Source: Candidatus Eiseniibacteriota bacterium (lineage in GTDB: Bacteria; Eisenbacteria; RBG-16-71-46; JABDJR01). From it: a stretch of 64,000 nt of DNA. Made by a program: the position numbers and the translations under genes. Below, one piece after another: positions 61,202 through 64,000 of the stretch. The notes under the pieces are model-generated. The model ran no database searches. It had not been told where the DNA came from and was given only the letters and a program-made list of their open reading frames with translations. The DNA lies in NCBI GenBank assembly GCA_963762255.1, contig CAVXKA010000002.1:1312001-1376000 (forward strand). The letters run 5' to 3'. Every line of letters begins with the position of its first letter. Position 1 is the stretch's first letter.

Positions 61202-62415
61202 GCCCAATCCCTCACAAGCTTCCGGTTGCCTATGTACAGCTCGTTGGGCGCGTTCGGATCGAGCGCCCACTTCATCCGCTCGACACCCTCGGTGACATCC
61301 TTGATCGAGCCGCAGTAGCTCATCCGCAGGTAGCCTTCCATGCCGAACTCGACGCCGGGAACCGTGACCACGAGCACCTTGTTGAGGAGGAACTCCGAGA
61401 GCTTGGTCGAGTTCTTGTTGTAGTGGCTGAAGTCGGCGAAGAGGTAGAACGTGCCGTCGGGCTTGGTCACCCGCACGCCGTCGAACGCCTCCAGGCGCGA
61501 CATCAGCACGTTGCGGTTGTTCTCCAGGGTGACCCGCAGGCTCTCCACCGAGGACTGGAGGCCGGCCAGGGCCGCCGCCGCCGCGTGCTGGAGGAGCGCG
61601 GAGGGGCCCGAGGTCTGGTGGCTCTGGATGTTAGTCATCGCCTCGATGAGTTTCTTGTTGGCCACCGCCCAGCCGATCCGGAACCCGGTCATGGCGTATT
61701 GCTTGGACACGCCGTTGATGATGATGAGCTTCGAGTTCTCCGTCTTGTCCTTGGCGAAGCTCCAGCAGTTGATGGGCCGCCGGCCGTCGAAGATCAGCCG
61801 GTGGTAGATGTCGTCCATGATGAGGTAGAGGTCGCGCCGCTCGCAGAAGTCGACGATGTCGGCGATGAACTCGGCCGAGTACATGGCCCCCGAGGGGTTG
61901 TTGGGGCTGTTGATGATCACGACCCTGGTGTACGAGCCGACCTTCTCCTCGATGTCGCGGATCGTGGGATAGAAGGTTCCGTCCTCCGGGTAGACCGGCA
62001 CGCCGATCGCGCCGCAGAGCTTGGCCATCTCGGGATAGCTCACCCAGTAGGGCGCCGGGTAGATCATCTCTTCCTGCGGGTTGAGGATGGCCTGCAGGGC
62101 GACCATGATGGACTGCTTGGCCCCGCCCGAGGCCATGACGTTCCACGGCGTCACCGGGCGGTCGTAGAATTCCTCTGTGTAGCGGATGATCGCCTGCTTG
62201 AGCGCGGGAGTGCCGTCGGCGGGCGTGTAGCGGACCTCGCCCGAGTTCAGCATCGCCGCCGCGGCGACCAGCGCGTCCATGGGAGGTTTGCTCTTCGGTT
62301 CGCCCCCCCCGAGATGAATGACCGGTTCCCCCTTGGCCCGCAAAATGGCCGCTTTCTCGTTCAGCTTGAGGGTGACCGATTCCCCGATGCTCCTGCCGAT
62401 CAGACTGAGGCTCAT
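61198..62415 (-). CDS. Class I PLP aminotransferase (aspartate aminotransferase-like)
   Basis: Motifs GGAKQ, PYWVSY, NSPNNPSG, DDIY, SKQYAMTGFRIG; GTGA coupling to pckA. Confidence 0.93.
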   Translation of the reverse strand: MSLSLIGRSIGESVTLKLNEKAAILRAKGEPVIHLGGGEPKSKPPMDALVAAAAMLNSGEVRYTPADGTPALKQAIIRYTEEFYDRPVTPWNVMASGGAKQSIMVALQAILNPQEEMIYPAPYWVSYPEMAKLCGAIGVPVYPEDGTFYPTIRDIEEKVGSYTRVVIINSPNNPSGAMYSAEFIADIVDFCERRDLYLIMDDIYHRLIFDGRRPINCWSFAKDKTENSKLIIINGVSKQYAMTGFRIGWAVANKKLIEAMTNIQSHQTSGPSALLQHAAAAALAGLQSSVESLRVTLENNRNVLMSRLEAFDGVRVTKPDGTFYLFADFSHYNKNSTKLSEFLLNKVLVVTVPGVEFGMEGYLRMSYCGSIKDVTEGVERMKWALDPNAPNELYIGNRKLVRDWA

Positions 62416-62556
62416 GGCTTGCATTCCCCGCCGCTTCCAGGACCCAAAGCTACGCACACGCACGCCGACAGAGGACATCTAGGGTACCCGGCGACCCGAG
62501 GAACGTCAACACCGCCACCCGCCAAAATGGCTCACCACGTCCCCGAAAAGAAGCCG

Positions 62557-62609
62557 TTGACTTGGGCGGCGTCATGTTTCATCATTTCACTAATTCGCGA
62601 AATAGCGAA
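62557..62609 (+). promoter_or_regulatory. ars promoter with ArsR operator
   Basis: TTGACT-17 nt-CATCAT followed by the near-palindrome TTCACTAATTCGCGAAATAGCGAA (62586-62609). Confidence 0.65.
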
Positions 62610-62628
62610 CGAAGAAAGGAGCTGCGTT

Positions 62629-62979
62629 ATGCCCGCGCGCACGACCCGGACCGCGATCCCGCTCGCCGAGGCGATCGGCAAGCTGGAGCCGCTCGACGAC
62701 CTCGCCGCGGTGTTCGCCTCGCTGGGAAGCGCGCCCCGGTTGCGGCTGCTCTTCCTCCTCTATCACGATCCGGACCTCACGGTCGGTGAACTGGCCCGAA
62801 CGCTCGGGATCTCCATCTCCGGAGTCTCCGCGCACCTGCGAAGGCTGAAAGAAGCCAAGCTCGTCTCCTGCCGGAGAGACGGGCAGACGATCTGCTGCAC
62901 GCTCGCGTCGGGCAGCCGGCACATCCGGGCCCTGCGGGCGATGTTCCGGGAGATCACCCGGGATACAGGCTGCTGTTGA
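62629..62979 (+). CDS. arsR: ArsR/SmtB family repressor
   Basis: HTH pattern FASLGSAPRLRLL..LTVGEL..VSAHLRRL; C-terminal Cys pairs. Confidence 0.88.
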   Translation: MPARTTRTAIPLAEAIGKLEPLDDLAAVFASLGSAPRLRLLFLLYHDPDLTVGELARTLGISISGVSAHLRRLKEAKLVSCRRDGQTICCTLASGSRHIRALRAMFREITRDTGCC

Positions 62980-63002
62980 ACCTCTTCGAAGGGAGACTCT
63001 CC

Positions 63003-63824
63003 ATGGAATCCAAAGACGTTCGGGATGCGGTGCGCGACGCCTACGGTCGCATCGCGGAGAAGACCTCAAGCGCAAGCGCCTGCGGGTGCGGCCCGTCGTG
63101 CTGCGGGGGGGGCAGTGCCGACGCCTTCGCGCGCGGCCTGGGCTACGCCGAGGCGGATCTCGCTTCGCTGCCCGAGGGCGCCAACCTCGGGCTCTCCTGC
63201 GGCAACCCCACCGCCCTCGCCTCTCTGCGCGAGGGAGAGGTCGTGCTCGACCTGGGAAGCGGCGCCGGGCTGGACGTCTTCATCGCCGCGCGCGCGGTGA
63301 AGGCGACCGGTCGCGTCATCGGCGTGGACATGACGCCGGAAATGATCTCCAAGGCCCGCGCGAACGCGGCCCGCGCCGGACTCGAGAACGTCGAATTCCG
63401 TCTCGGCGAGATCGAGAACCTCCCCGTGGCCGACGCCTCGGTCGATGTCGTCATCTCCAACTGCGTGATCAACCTCTCTCCGGACAAGGAGCGTGTATTC
63501 CGCGAGATCGCCCGCGTGCTCAAGCCGGGCGGGCGGGTTGCCGTCTCCGACATGGCGCTGCTCCGTCCGTTGCCGGAGAGCGTGCGCGCGGAGATTCTGG
63601 CCTATGTGGGCTGCGTAGCGGGGGCCGTCCTGATCGACGAAACCATCGCCCAGCTGCGCGCGGCGGGGTTCACCGACATCGCCGTGGAGCCCAAACCCGG
63701 TGCGAGCATCCTCGACGACGTGCAGGATCCGCTCTATCGCCTGGTCCGGGACAAGCTTCCGGAGAACACCGGCCCGGAGGATTACGTCGTGAGCGTGAAC
63801 GTGCGGGCGGTGCGCCCGCTCTGA
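63003..63824 (+). CDS. arsM: Arsenite S-adenosylmethionine methyltransferase
   Basis: Motifs [34 protein letters not shown]. Confidence 0.93.
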   Translation: MESKDVRDAVRDAYGRIAEKTSSASACGCGPSCCGGGSADAFARGLGYAEADLASLPEGANLGLSCGNPTALASLREGEVVLDLGSGAGLDVFIAARAVKATGRVIGVDMTPEMISKARANAARAGLENVEFRLGEIENLPVADASVDVVISNCVINLSPDKERVFREIARVLKPGGRVAVSDMALLRPLPESVRAEILAYVGCVAGAVLIDETIAQLRAAGFTDIAVEPKPGASILDDVQDPLYRLVRDKLPENTGPEDYVVSVNVRAVRPL

Positions 63825-63828
63825 GCCG

Positions 63829-64000
63829 TCACCTCCGCCGGAAACTCCAGAGCTTGTTGGCGACGAAGTTGATCGGCGTCACGGCGGCAATCGCGACGAG
63901 TTGGCTCGGATTGGGCCCGAAGTGGAACCGCTGCAGGCAGATCGAGAAGACGATCAGGTTGGCGGCGTAGGCAAGCAAGCTCACCGTGAAGAACTTGGGT
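63829..64000 (-). CDS. GtrA family protein, C-terminal part (truncated by the window edge)
   Basis: Minus-strand translation KFFTVSLLAYAANL...PINFVANKLWSFRRR*. Confidence 0.7.
   Translation of the reverse strand, partial: PKFFTVSLLAYAANLIVFSICLQRFHFGPNPSQLVAIAAVTPINFVANKLWSFRRR

Overview
High-GC bacterial genomic DNA, probably from a long-read or metagenomic assembly. Eight otherwise intact genes each carry a +1 frameshift, which I read as sequencing insertions. Layout: (1) 1-6651, glycosyltransferase cluster ending in a TMTC-like TPR membrane glycosyltransferase. (2) About 6.7-19.2 kb, an accessory island that looks less GC-rich than the flanks over most of its length. It holds degenerate integron attC sites with no integrase, orphan cassette-like genes, a DUF262 + HEPN pair, an Mrr-N-terminus-like gene coupled to a TM-less SNIPE-like DUF4041/GIY-YIG nuclease, and a cytoplasmic subtilase + C25 (clan CD) protease + small-protein operon. 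(3) 19.3-26.4 kb, TetR-TolC-ybhGFSR-like efflux operon. (4) 26.6-35.5 kb, sigma54-type orphan pilin, alcohol dehydrogenase, baeRF10-like factor, DUF72, and a Nal1-like lipoprotein protease followed by a free copy of its own N-terminal domain. (5) 35.6-62.4 kb, peptide/amino-acid catabolism region: POT transporter, gdh with a PPDK_N-nucleotidyltransferase fusion, divergent membrane PPase, APC permease, VPS10-like protein, tricorn, Cys-less thiolase/DUF35, aspartate aminotransferase-pckA. (6) arsR-arsM and a partial GtrA gene. No rRNA, tRNA or CRISPR array was seen. Best candidates for undescribed systems: the S8/C25/small-protein operon, the two-gene SNIPE variant, the Nal1 protease with its free N-terminal domain, and the gdh-linked kinase/NTase fusion. 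All family calls are by-eye motif recognition, not database searches.
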